Shown here: piece after piece, positions 12,942 to 24,899 of the stretch | How the letters are laid out: each line of letters starts with the position of its first letter | Numbering within the stretch: the stretch's first letter is position 1 | Source of the DNA: Octopus sinensis | Lineage: Eukaryota | Direction of reading: 5' to 3' | Assembly (NCBI RefSeq): GCF_006345805.1 | Contig: NC_042997.1 | Location: forward strand, 94,922,001-94,986,000 | DNA: 64,000 bases | Program-made: the position numbers and the translations under genes | The notes under the pieces: generated by a model | The model's input: the letters and a program-made list of their open reading frames with translations, nothing else | The model's database searches: none | Told to the model about the DNA's origin: nothing

Positions 12942-14105
12942 GTATCATTACAAGAAATGAACCTACCACTACTATAAGCGGAACCGAACCCACTTCACAT
13001 AAGACAACCACCAGATAACAATGATCAGTTCCCTGAAATGGTTTACATTAATCAAAACTGATTAACCTTCTAGCAACTCCCGCTACAACGTATGGCAGTA
13101 ACAGAGACCCCTGTTTGGAAGTACCAACATATTTCCGAGCAATTTGATCCGAATCTTTCAATCGGTATTTCACAAGGACATAGTACTAACATTTCGTAGG
13201 CACTCCATTTGATTTCAATACATCAACCCTTGTAATAGCAGCTTTACTACTCATCGATTCTGTAGTTTCCATTATTATGTATGACAAATGTTTGCCGAGA
13301 TATTGAAAAGTAGGCGTGGCGTGCAAATATAAAGCTTTTAGATTTAATTACTCATATGCAGCTTTTGATACGCGTACAAATACCCAATATCACTTTAGTC
13401 AGTTTATTTCAGGTGGATTTCGTAGTTACAACATCGAGATCGGTATTAATATATACCGTATCTATGTCATCACATAAGACCTTAAAGTGAAAACTCTAAT
13501 GAAAGCTATAGGATAAGGAAAGGCAAGAGAATTAAAAGACAAGATAAAATTACAAGCACTGTGGAATGAATGATTTACTGTGTGCAGTACACATTAATTA
13601 CAGAAAGGGTTAGCAATAGATATTAATGTAATAGGTTAACACATGAAACTGATCACTGCGTTTACAATACACTGCATGCAGATTATGATTATATATACCT
13701 CTAATACAACAAGTAGGGGTATTCTTCAGAGAGAAGATCATAAGAGAAATTATTACAATAATACAAATAACAACAAAAGTGAAACAGAAACAGTTTACAG
13801 ATAAGTAAACAGAAATATGAACCAGAAGCTGATGTGACAGACAACTGTGAATAGCTTGAGTAGCAAAAAACATAAACTAATCAAAGGTTATGAACTGTAG
13901 TGAAACTGAAATAACGAAATGTCATTATGAGTCGTTGGTATGAGCAAACTATTCACTACCAGTATCTGGTAAGAATTAACAGATTGATAGAAGGGATAAA
14001 GGAAAATCCGAGACTAGCATGGAAACGCAGGACTTCAAGCACTTGAATATTGATGTCTTTTCACCAGAAAATCTAAAATCAATAATAAAATAGAATACAG
14101 AAAGA
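12942..14105 (+). pseudogene. Candidate damaged host gene segment: Thr-rich stalk micro-exons, TM exon, Tyr-motif micro-exons
   Basis: AG/GT-bounded blocks 13074-13097 (TPATTYG), 13200-13309 (STPFDFNTSTLVIAALLLIDSVVSIIMY, TACTAAC branch point at 13184, TGA at 13304), 13413-13442, 13901-13937 (ETEITKCHYESL), 14068-14105 (GTAAGT donor); 12942-13013 and 13730-13800 lack canonical donors. Confidence 0.35.
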
Positions 14106-14300
14106 GTAAGTACAGTCTAAGTCGAGGTTGCGAAAAGATAATGAAATACGCCAGGAAAAGAATACTGATAACTACAGATGTGCTATACTTTTTAAAAGAA
14201 ATTAGAAACCATAGAATACAAGTATGAGAATAGAAACAACTGGTATGTGCGCCAATAGAAAGCAGAAAAGGTCAACATATTAATATTAGTTTCTACTTTT

Positions 14301-14505
14301 GGCACGGGGGCAGCAATTTCGAGGGAAGGGTATGTCGTAAGTCAATTATAGCGACCCCAGTGCACAATTCCTACTTATGTTATTGAACCTGAAACAATGG
14401 AAGGCAAGCCGACCTCGGTGACATTTGAACTCAGAACAGAAAGACAGAGAAAATATTGCTAAGCATTTTGCCTGGTGTGCTAACAATTTTGCCTGCTCGC
14501 CGCCT
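14301..14505 (-). mobile_element. Degenerate near-full-length SINE (Meta-domain-like family)
   Basis: Head ggcggcgagcaggcaaaattgttagcacacc..., B-box-like gagttcaaatg, central domain as in 41093 copy. Confidence 0.8.
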
Positions 14506-14777
14506 TCCCACATCGTACTATGATCATGCAAGCAATCAAAGAAACTTTATAAAGACATACATAGCTACAAATCCATGAATTGCACCCCAACACAAAAATG
14601 CGGCAGTCGCATTACCAGGTACTGTATACATATCACCTAATTACTTTCAATACGATAATGATAATGAAAGGGAAATCTAATTTCATTGCCTGTTGCCAAA
14701 ATGTAGCGCTGCAATGAAACTGAAGTATTAATAATATTAGTAATAATAATAAAAAGTGGAAGAAAATGATTTCAAAT

Positions 14778-14975
14778 TTTGCCACAAGGGCAGCAATTTG
14801 TCTGGAGCGGGTACATCGATAACATCGACTCCCAATGCTCAACTGGTACATATTTTATTGGTCTCGAAACGATGACAGGCAAAACCCATCTCGGCGAAAT
14901 TTGCAGTCAGAACGTAAAGACAGCCGAAATGATGCTTAGCATTTTCCTCTGTGTACTAAGCATTCCGCCAGCTTA
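14778..14975 (-). mobile_element. Degenerate SINE (Meta-domain-like family)
   Basis: Diverged match to the head and central domain of the 41093 copy. Confidence 0.7.
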
Positions 14976-14979
14976 TTAC

Positions 14980-14999
14980 CTTAATAATAATAATAATAA

Positions 15000-15047
<48 letters not shown>
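14980..15047. repeat. (TAA)n microsatellite
   Basis: Directly visible. Confidence 0.95.
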
Positions 15048-16830
15048 TACAACTAAAGGTTCACAAAAAACATTTGAGACGGTACAGGACAATACAATGT
15101 GGGGTTTCATAAATAGAAGCGTGTACAGAGAAAAGCAATAATATAAATTCTAACAACGAAACATTTCCCAAAAGAAGGAGACTTCCTAGTGCTGCTCTGA
15201 GAAACACCACAAAAATGGTCGCCTTCACTACTAGAACAACTTCCCTCTCCACATCTTCCTCTAATCTACAGGCGCACGCTGAGCGTAGGCCCATTCACGC
15301 GGACCTTTCTTACCACATTTACTTAACTTTTGATAAAATGCTTGGACGTAGGACTTCTCTCTTTACTCTCACCTTCCTTTTTCAAGTGAAATTTGAAAAG
15401 GTTGACGTGGGCTTAGCCAAAGAAGAATGTATATGTCTTCAGCCTTTTCAGTCTGGTCCACCACATAAACACTCTCGCTAAGGCTATCAAGCAATTTTCA
15501 CAATGAATTCAGCCGATAGTCGACACCATCATTGACATGACAGCAGGTGTTCGATATAATTCAAAATAAATACATTGCTGGGACACTGAACTAGATCGTG
15601 CAAAACAGTTTTGTCGTTCTGTGTGCATCTCGAGGAAGCCCGGCTGAAAGCATTTCCACGCCTGTAGAGATTATCCTGAAACAGCAAAGCTCCTCAGAAG
15701 CACTAACAGGCCAAGTATTTCTCTATATTATCCATGAGCCATGAGTGAAAGTCATTTAGGACAGACTAGCCACCTGATTCTCGCAACGCCCAAAGTACCC
15801 TGAAAACGTTGTCGCACTTACCCACTCCTAACCCTCTATAGGACGCCAAGGTGGAAGCTCCTCCGGTGGCATTGTCCGACTGAGAGGGGACTGTCAGCAG
15901 CTGTCAATACTGTAGGCGCCAAGCACCCTACCTCTGCCTATGTTTGATCCAGGACTAGCTCATTCAAAGAGACAAGCTGCAGAAGAAGGAGGCTGACAAA
16001 TAACGAACATCAAGGAAGCCATGGAGACATGGTAGCCTCATTGCATTCCTGCGCATCAGCAGCCGTGGAATTTTTTAATTTCTCCATTCAGTGGGTGTTG
16101 GCAAAAGATGGAGCGCATGGCCGTGGAATGTGTACCCTTCACAGAAAGTGGACGACAGTCTGGTGATAATATTTGACGGAGGCAATGTATGCATTCGCCA
16201 CCTCTGCCCGATATTTCAGAGAAGCTTTGTGTCGGCCCTTTTCTGGGTGAGAATGGCCACACTGATTGTTACCGTCCCAAATCTTCTCCACCTAGAAATC
16301 GCAACCAAACCAGAACCCGAGCAATTTAACCGATACCTCCGGCCTTTTCTTGGTTACCGCAGACGGTTCTTCCACGTTCTAGTTCACGTTGGATTCATCT
16401 CAAAATCTCAAATTTCTGGAGTGTTAACGCTAGAGCCAGTACATAGTGAAAAGACGAGAGAAGACTCTCTTGACGGACCCTGTGCATGATGTTGAATGGT
16501 TCCGATAAGTAACCATTCACCCGAACTACCCATTAGATGTCGCTGTAATCCAACCTGTATACAGAACCGTAACCGGCTGGCGCGAAAACGGCCGTCAAAT
16601 ATTGGTGATCGTCCCTATCGAAGAGATTTCATTTATTCAAATTGATCCGGGCCTTACTCATGCCAAGCTTTTCTACGCATGCTGTCTGTGATGATGTATC
16701 GCATGAAGAGGAGATTCTCGTGGATAGATCTGCATTGGAGGCATCTTTGCGCAGCACTAATCAGTTTCTCAATTACGAGGGCCGACTTCTTCAGCAACGG
16801 TAAGGACCAACATTTTGGAGTGGCTAGAAG
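15047..16830 (-). mobile_element. 5'-truncated degenerate Tx1/L1-clade LINE (RT to 3' UTR)
   Basis: Minus-strand remnants IHENLLFMRYII, INLNK*NLFDRDDHQYL, VNGYLSEPFNIMHRVRQ, IFCQHPLNG and zinc knuckle RCTQNDKTVLHDLVQCP; homologous to 30830-33845; many stops and frameshifts. Confidence 0.85.
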
Positions 16831-16849
16831 GCTTTCTATTCCATTTTGA

Positions 16850-18420
16850 TCTTGTGTCCAAAATTAATAGTTTTTCTAAACACAGAAGTAATGTCGAGAA
16901 CTGTGTTTTGGTAACCATTGATGTTTCTTCACTGAATCCAAATATTGACCATAATGAGAGGTAGAAGCATGCATTAATACTTTTGAAAAAACGATGAAAC
17001 AACAGTATTCCATCAACTGTCCTCTGTAAAGTATTGAAGTTTGTGTTAGTATGTAACAGAATTAAACTTGAACAAAAGCATTACCATCAGACAAAGGATT
17101 GAGCCATTGATACTTCAGGGGCAATTAAGTACACTAACGTCTTTATTAGTGAATATCAGCTACAGTTAATGGAAACATTCAAGTCTCTGCACGGCCATGG
17201 ACTAATACTCAGGTTACGGTTCATTGATGACATCGTATTTGTCCGGGAAGGATCGCAAAACAGTTAAGTGAACTTCTTGCATTTCTGTTACTGTTATGGT
17301 AAAAAATTCACGTCGAGTTTTTTCAAAATCTAGCGTTGAGTTTTTGGACACAAAAGTTAAGTTTTCGGAAAACAGAATTTTGAGCGAGTTACCTGCAAGG
17401 AGACAAGCTTCCATATTTATCTTCACCGTCACCCCAGTCATGCACATCACACAATTAAGTCAAATCCGAAATCCCAGTTTTCGATGATAAAACGGATTTG
17501 TACAGGAGATTACTGGAAACATGCAAATGCTTTTGTTCGCCGTTATGTTAAACGCGATTACAGTTAATCACGATTAAAGTAAATCGCAAATGACATAGCT
17601 AAGATCAGCACGGAAAGTCAAACTTTCACGCATAATGTCAGCAGTCAAAGTAAAATTTTATGATCAAATCTTTTTAGTGATAAACTGGCAGAGTAATTTC
17701 TCTGGCATTTCAAAAGTCTTGCATGAAAGTTACCAGCATATTTCAGAGAGATATCCCTGTTTGAAACAAATATTCCCTCATCCGCCTATTGTTGCCGTCA
17801 TACGCAATACAATTATAAGAGAGCAATTAACCACTATCTCAAACACCAATAAAGCTACTATCTGCAAGAGAGGTCGGCCCGTTTCGTAGTGAAGTCAAAA
17901 CCATCACAAATAATTACATAAGTATTATGATTTATCCTGAAGGTGGGACGTGTAAACATTTCCATTTGGTGTATGCAGTGGAATGCCCCAAACACAATTA
18001 GAATGATGTTTGCTGCATAGAAATACAAATAAATATTCACTGGACATAAGTATGACGTCAGGCACAATAATAATAGCTCGACTGTAATTTTCAGGAACAT
18101 CTGAAAGTGCACAATCTCAGAAAATTTTCTGGCTCTACTGCACTCTCAGTCCACAAAACGGCTAAGGACAAATATATTTGTGAATTGCCAACGTTTGTCG
18201 CATATAAGAAATATATTACAAATGCTCTTGCTCGTCTACGACTAACTAACTCGTAAATAAATTCGCGGAGCACGAGTTAGATCTCATGTTACAGTGCTCG
18301 GTTCAGCATTCACAAAATGTGACTAATAATTGCAAAGAAAACCGTTGCATTTGCCAAAAATAAATGTGTGCATTGAATCTGATGCGCATAACATATAGGA
18401 TATGAGCATGCAAATGCCCT
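16850..18420 (+). mobile_element. Degenerate Penelope-like element (RT + GIY-YIG endonuclease)
   Basis: Motifs VTIDVSSLNPNIDH, HYHQTKG*AI, LRFIDDIV, SVEFLDTKV, HTIKSNPKSQF..IKRIC, then LVYAVECPKH...FTGHKYD (GIY-YIG-like); stops and frameshifts throughout. Confidence 0.8.
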
Positions 18421-18499
18421 CCTCGTTTCAAATAAATAAGGTAAAAATATTAAATGATGAAAAAATAACAATGCAAATGAAGTTTTAGAAGTTATTTCT

Positions 18500-19550
18500 C
18501 AAAGCCAACAAACAGAAGACAAGAAGTGTAAGCGAAATTGTGTATGTGTTTATTGTAGATGCCTATTTTTCTGCTATTCGCACCACAAACTTCAAAATTT
18601 TCACGAAAATCTTTCTTGCAATATTTAGAAAGGAAATATTTCGTGTCTAAAAAATTAAGTTTGGATTCCAACAGACAAGTTAATTCCAAAACATGCGGAT
18701 TAGATTAATAAACAAAAATACATAAAGAATACAAATAAATTAATAAAAGGCAGATATGTTGCAAAAATGGGAACAGCAAGTAAAAATGGAAAGCGTTAAA
18801 ATAGTGAACATGGAATTAACACACGCAAACCAAAGCAAATAACAAAACTAAACCCCAATGGAAAAACAAAATAATGATCACGATAAACGGAACCAGAAAA
18901 ACACACAAAATCTTGAATAAAAGGGATATTAAAATATTCAAGAATAGAAAATGCTAAAGATTGCAATCATGAAAGCAACAATAATAGATGGGAATAATTA
19001 AAGAATTAAAATCAATAACTCTTCCTATCTATCAACGAAAACATCTAACGATAAAACAGGAAAAACAATAATAGAACACTCCGCAAACCTGGCCGTCTAA
19101 GAGTTAATGTAAACTGATGCCAACATCACTATCACCAAGATGAATTTAATAATGTAACCGCTAAAAAGTTACGAATTAAGTGAGCACTCCTTCAGATTTG
19201 TTTATATGAAATTCAAGCAAATAGCGCAGGAAAGAAACACATAAAGAACGTAAAAACAAAAGAAAACGTCACATAATCTGCAGCAAAATCAATGAGAAAA
19301 AAACTCAAGTGAAAAATGAAAAACTGACAAATACAACAAAGAGAAAACATGAAATAACAAATCCACGCTAAATTGTAAAGAACCCACCGTTATGGAAAAC
19401 AAATAGCTTATTTCAGTCACAAATGATTTTATCATTAAGAAATTGTAAAATAAAATATAAATCAGTACGCCAAGAAAATTGAGAGAATTTAGAGAAGTAC
19501 TACTGAGAGGTAATAGGTGGGGTTAAGATAATATTGTTCAAAACAACATG
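18500..19550 (+). mobile_element. Highly decayed A-rich LINE-like remnant
   Basis: Strong A bias on the plus strand; no firm motif identified. Confidence 0.25.
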
Positions 19551-20559
19551 CTTACGCTGGTCTTTGTGTGGGACGACATACTGCCTAAAAATAGCCTTAA
19601 TACGAGAACAAATAAATATCTGGAATGTACAACAAAATTATAAAGTTACAAAATACTAAAAAAAAATAGCAAAAACTTAACATATTTAAAGAAGCAAAGA
19701 GCGTCCTTGTTGAGAAAAAGATCTTATTCCTAAGATTGACGAAGCAGAAAGCCCTAAAAGAAATATAGACCCAAGCTACTCTGTCTACGTTAGATTCTTT
19801 ATGTTCCATGTCTTAGCATCCAACATCCACAGCAATAAGTATGTTCATCGCTTTTTAAAGCAGTATGTCTGAAACCTTCAAAATATACCAGATCATGTGC
19901 ACAAAATCTTTTAACATCACCATCTTCCTACTTTCCTAACATAATCGCTGTAGCTAATACTTTTGCGCACTTGTGAAATTCATTCTCACGTTAAGCTTCT
20001 CTTTGCTTGTGAGTTCTACTGCCAGAACGCCAAAGTAAAAATGCGTATCAAAATAATTCTTTATCAATCCATAAATTATGCCATAAATCTAAGAACAGAT
20101 CCCATAGATGCCAATATATTAGCTATATTCCTGATTTCTATGTTCGTTATATTATCGAGAGCATCATCGAAAAACTCTCTCACAAAAGATCAGGTCACCT
20201 CCTTCATCTAACGTGGTCGAATACTTCTGTCAATTACATACTTCTGAAATTATTTCGTACCTCTCCTTCTGTATGTATTTTAAAGATCGATAGATTCTTT
20301 ACTATACTCATATTACTCCATTTCTGTCAAGATCTTTAATTATATACGTTTGACTTTACGATGAAATCTAGTCAATGGATTTCTGAGAAACTTCTTTGTT
20401 GGTATTTGCCAACATATACCTACTAATTACATTCGCACAATTTTGCCACGGTTCTGCGTGTCCGCATAATATCCTTTGTTCTATTACTTCGTCCTCATTA
20501 CCGTTGCTTTACACCGTAATTTGCTTCTCCTACAGCCTGACTCCCATAGTTAGTTCTTG

Positions 20560-21150
20560 AACATCCAGCCCTCTCTCAGAAAGAGTAGAAATTCAGAAGA
20601 ATACCCTAGCTATATGTGGTAAGTTGCTCCCTAATATACAAACTGCAGAATATGGCAAAACTGGAAACAAATACCTGTACCGCTCTGGTTGTTCACTTAT
20701 AACCAAGAAATAATACACGCACATGTATGACATACTTGAGAGTGTACAGCTGCAGGCAATTCAATGCTGGTTTATCACATATTACTATCAAAGATAGCAA
20801 AGAATGCCACTGCCTTCTAACATGTTATGAGTTCCCACAGATAATGGTGTAAATTTAAAACAACTAAAATATTCAAATATAAGGACCGGGAAACAAATAT
20901 TGGAAATAGGTTGGTTTTGGTTGAAGCCGAACACAAAATCTCTTACTATATTTAAATGGCTTGGAAATTATTAAGACAGATGTAGGCAAATACATAACCA
21001 AAAAACAAGACTATATATTAATAAGCAGCATTCAATTGTTAGGGTATATAGTTTTAAAAAGTACTACAACAATGCAATGTTCATATGTCAAAAGGAATAA
21101 TATTAATAGTAAAGAAAATATAAAGCAATGCTAACACAAAGCAAAGCAGT
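20560..21150 (+). mobile_element. Decayed L1-like ORF2 C-terminal remnant
   Basis: KNTLAICGKLL resembles the LS.xGK motif; the ggttggttttggttg...tttaaatggctt region resembles GGLGL...LKW. Confidence 0.4.
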
Positions 21151-21212
21151 ATACTATACAAGGCATACTGAGAAGTATACAGTTACAGGGAGAGAGCACG
21201 CGATGAAAATAT

Positions 21213-21213
21213 A

Positions 21214-21297
<84 letters not shown>

Positions 21298-21330
21298 ACT
21301 ACTACTACTACAGCTACTACTACTACTAAA
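21213..21330. repeat. (TAC)n(TGC)n(TAC)n trinucleotide array
   Basis: Directly visible. Confidence 0.95.
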
Positions 21331-23699
21331 CTTACACGCAAGCATAAACTCACACGCACACATACCTACACATATACATACATATGTATGTGCGTGTGTG
21401 TGCTTGCGTGTGTGTTTGTGTGTGCGCGCACGTGCTTCTTCAGTACAAAGATACCCATACTTTGGGGACACGCATGAATTAAGCATTGCAGATTACAATT
21501 GTGGAAAAACATTAGAAAATCTCGATTTTTGTTGGCTAACATTTCTCCCCAATTTACTTCCTTCTATTTCCTTAGACTTCTAGATGTGACTATTATCGAT
21601 TTCTTCTTTGTTTTCATAGTTTTATGTTTTAATCATAAAAAGTTATGATTATTTTATAGTTTTAGAATGTTATATTTTCTGTTTTCAATCATTAGCGTTG
21701 GTTATCTGCAGGCTATTGCAGTCTTTGGTGGGCTAATCGTTATTTTCTTTCTGTTGTATGAAAAAAAGAATCTTTCTCGAAACATTATATGATTTTAACG
21801 AATGTATGTTAATACAAAATCATTTTTCTATGCTTTCATCTATTAGAGCAGCTTACATATTTTGTAAAATTTCTCACCCGCATTGCTCAACGGTCTCCCC
21901 AAACATGTATGGTATTCGTCTGCATGGCAGTACTTTCAGCAAATTGTAGAACTGTTTTATGAATCTTTATAGTTGTGCTCTCAATAGAATTAAAATCACA
22001 GATCTTTAAAACAGAAATCTGTAAAGCAGTCGAAATAAAGGTTTTCAGAATTGTAATCTACAATGCATAAAGCATACAATTCCGGGAGAGTAGTTCTTCG
22101 CGCACTACTGATTATTTTATATGCATTTTTACACATGCACACACACACACACGCACACACGCACACACGCTCACACACATACACAAATACCCATATGCAC
22201 ACATAAACGCATACACACATACGTACATACATACATGCAGGCATACGTACTTGCATGCATACATACACATATACATACATAAGTAATACATACATACATA
22301 CGCACATACGTTCACACGCATATAGGAAATATAACTATTTGTGCATCCATGTTGGAGGAGCAAAGGAAACACTGATAAAAAGAAACTAACATTTTCATAA
22401 CATGGATCATTTGCTATTTGTGTTTAGAAACCTTTGTGATATATATCTTGCGACAATTGCATTTTATTCGACCGTTATAGAAATATCAAACCTCTAAATG
22501 TTTTGGAGTTCATACTCGTTTTGCTTGCTATGAAAACATGCAAAAGAATGTTCAGCAGAGCAGCTAAGTTACATTAGATTTTCGATCATATTTCAAATGA
22601 AGAGTTCGATACTAAGATATCAATGACTTTGATGTCTGTTTCTTTTTATTTTAGATAGAAAATATAAAAGGAATGTGAGACTATTTGTGTGAGTGTTGTG
22701 CGTACGCTCACATACAAATAGTAAAATACACATACACCACACTCAGATACACACTATTCTTGTCTCTCTAACACTCTCTCTCTCTTTCTCTCTCTCTCTC
22801 TCACACACACACACACGCTTGTAACCACCAGCTTCCATTACTGGATAACTTCAGTTTACCCTCCAATATATTCAAAGCTTGGAGAATAAATGAGTATAAA
22901 TATACGTACTGAATTCACTACACAAAAATACTTCCCTCCATACATAGATTCAAGAGATTAAACATTTTAAAAATTATATATCTTTTGAAAGCTTGTTTAT
23001 CACTGGATTATATGCATTCACTTTGAATCCCTGTCTGACATGTGTTTCTACTGCATAGATCCCTTCATTCATATTGCTATTATGGGTTTTTGAATCGAAC
23101 AGAAGAGTTCGGTGTTTGATAGTCTATTCTGGGTATAACTAAGAAGAGGAAATTGTGTGTTTCGTGTAGAAGATAGTGGGGGTTGATGTGTAATACGATA
23201 TGGCAATAAAGTATGTTATCATTTTGTCCTATAGTGACCCTTAACATTTAAATGGAATGGCATGACAATAAACTTAGTTGTTAGAGCCATGACCACAAGC
23301 GGTATAAGATAGACAGAGTAAGAATAATTAGAAGAATAGGAACTGTACTGAAGATTTTGTTAAAATTTTGTTAAAATTTTGTTAAAAGCGGGTGGAATTT
23401 ACATCTATATTGTTAAACTCTAAATATAGTAAATCTACTAACATAGTCTAGATAATTCTTTCGTATACTTTTTTACAAGTAATTTCTTGTTGAAGATCTT
23501 TCTTATGGAAATTTTTACGTACACAAAAGGTGTAGTAGCCGGAGAGGCCCTGACCTGGTCAAGATTTGCTCCGCTCACTGAACATACTCGTCACAGAATC
23601 AGCTTTAAGGATAAGTAGTTGAGTAGGAATTAAGAGATTCAGGAATTGAAATTTTAAATATACATATATGCTTGTAACTACATATCTCCTGTATGTATG

Positions 23700-23730
<31 letters not shown>

Positions 23731-24261
23731 GTTCTTTTCTATTCTAGCGATGACACTTTATACACGAATCGTGATTCTGTTGATGACATCGTGTAACGAA
23801 GAACTGTTTCGTGAAACACGACATACCGTGAAATGTCTACTAGTTCACTTCCTGTCGAAGAGGAAATATGTCTCCGCCATGCTTGAGAGGTGTCTCACTC
23901 CTTGGGATCCTAGTAGGCTGCAAGGCTGCTGCTTGCAACGGCCTAATGGGCTTTCAGGGTGTGCCATGGCCTACAATGATTAAGTACACCTGCTGATACA
24001 ACGACCTATAAATCACTAATTGTTCAGAATGAAAAATTTCCACTGATTCGGTTATTTACTGAATTAGAGAGGGAGAAATGAGAAATTCGTATGACTGGCA
24101 CGCTTCAAAATATAGTTCGATTTTTTTTTCTGGGTAGAAGAACTACGTAGACAACAATAATTGTGTTCAATTTGGTAGATTAATGAGGAAACTTTTGAAA
24201 TTAGCATACCTGGAAATTATATTACCCTATAATAGCAATTCTCGAATTATATATGTATATA

Positions 24262-24330
24262 TCTGAGGTGGTGCCCCAGCACGGCCGCAGTCTAATGACT
24301 GAAACATGTAAAAGATAATAGAAGATAATA
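24262..24330 (+). mobile_element. 3' tail fragment of CORE-type SINE, followed by (TATC)n(TC)n(TA)n
   Basis: ggtggtgccccagcacggccgcagtctaatgactgaaacatgtaaaaga matches the 3' end of 39996-40369. Confidence 0.75.
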
Positions 24331-24411
<81 letters not shown>

Positions 24412-24414
24412 CTC

Positions 24415-24494
<80 letters not shown>

Positions 24495-24899
24495 CATTTG
24501 CTATATCGGCAAAAGAATATAGTGTTCTAAATCAAAGAATATACTTGGTTAAAAATGCCCTGAATTTAAATGTTTAGCACTTAGATCAAAAGAACATTCC
24601 ATTTGTTGCACTCCAATACATATTATCTTTGTTGTATTAGAAAACAAAAAAAAAATATACGTATTTCACATGGTCCAATTTATAGTAGGTTTTGTATTTT
24701 GGGCTGCGTATGCGCATGTCTTTTCTTTTTACTTAGACATGTATATATGCTTTTAAAACTATTGTGGGTTTCTCTGTTTTGAGCGTTTAATAAAAATGCG
24801 AACATTAGCTAATGGCCTGCGAGTATAATGTAGGTAAAACATTTCAAATTATTTCTAATATTATTTTCAGTATGCCGCAGAAAGGAGAGATAACTCTGG

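Noticed and set aside
20580-20618. Exon-like block with a perfect GTAAGT donor
   Set aside because: The read-through frame KNTLAICGKLL fits an L1 ORF2 motif within a LINE remnant
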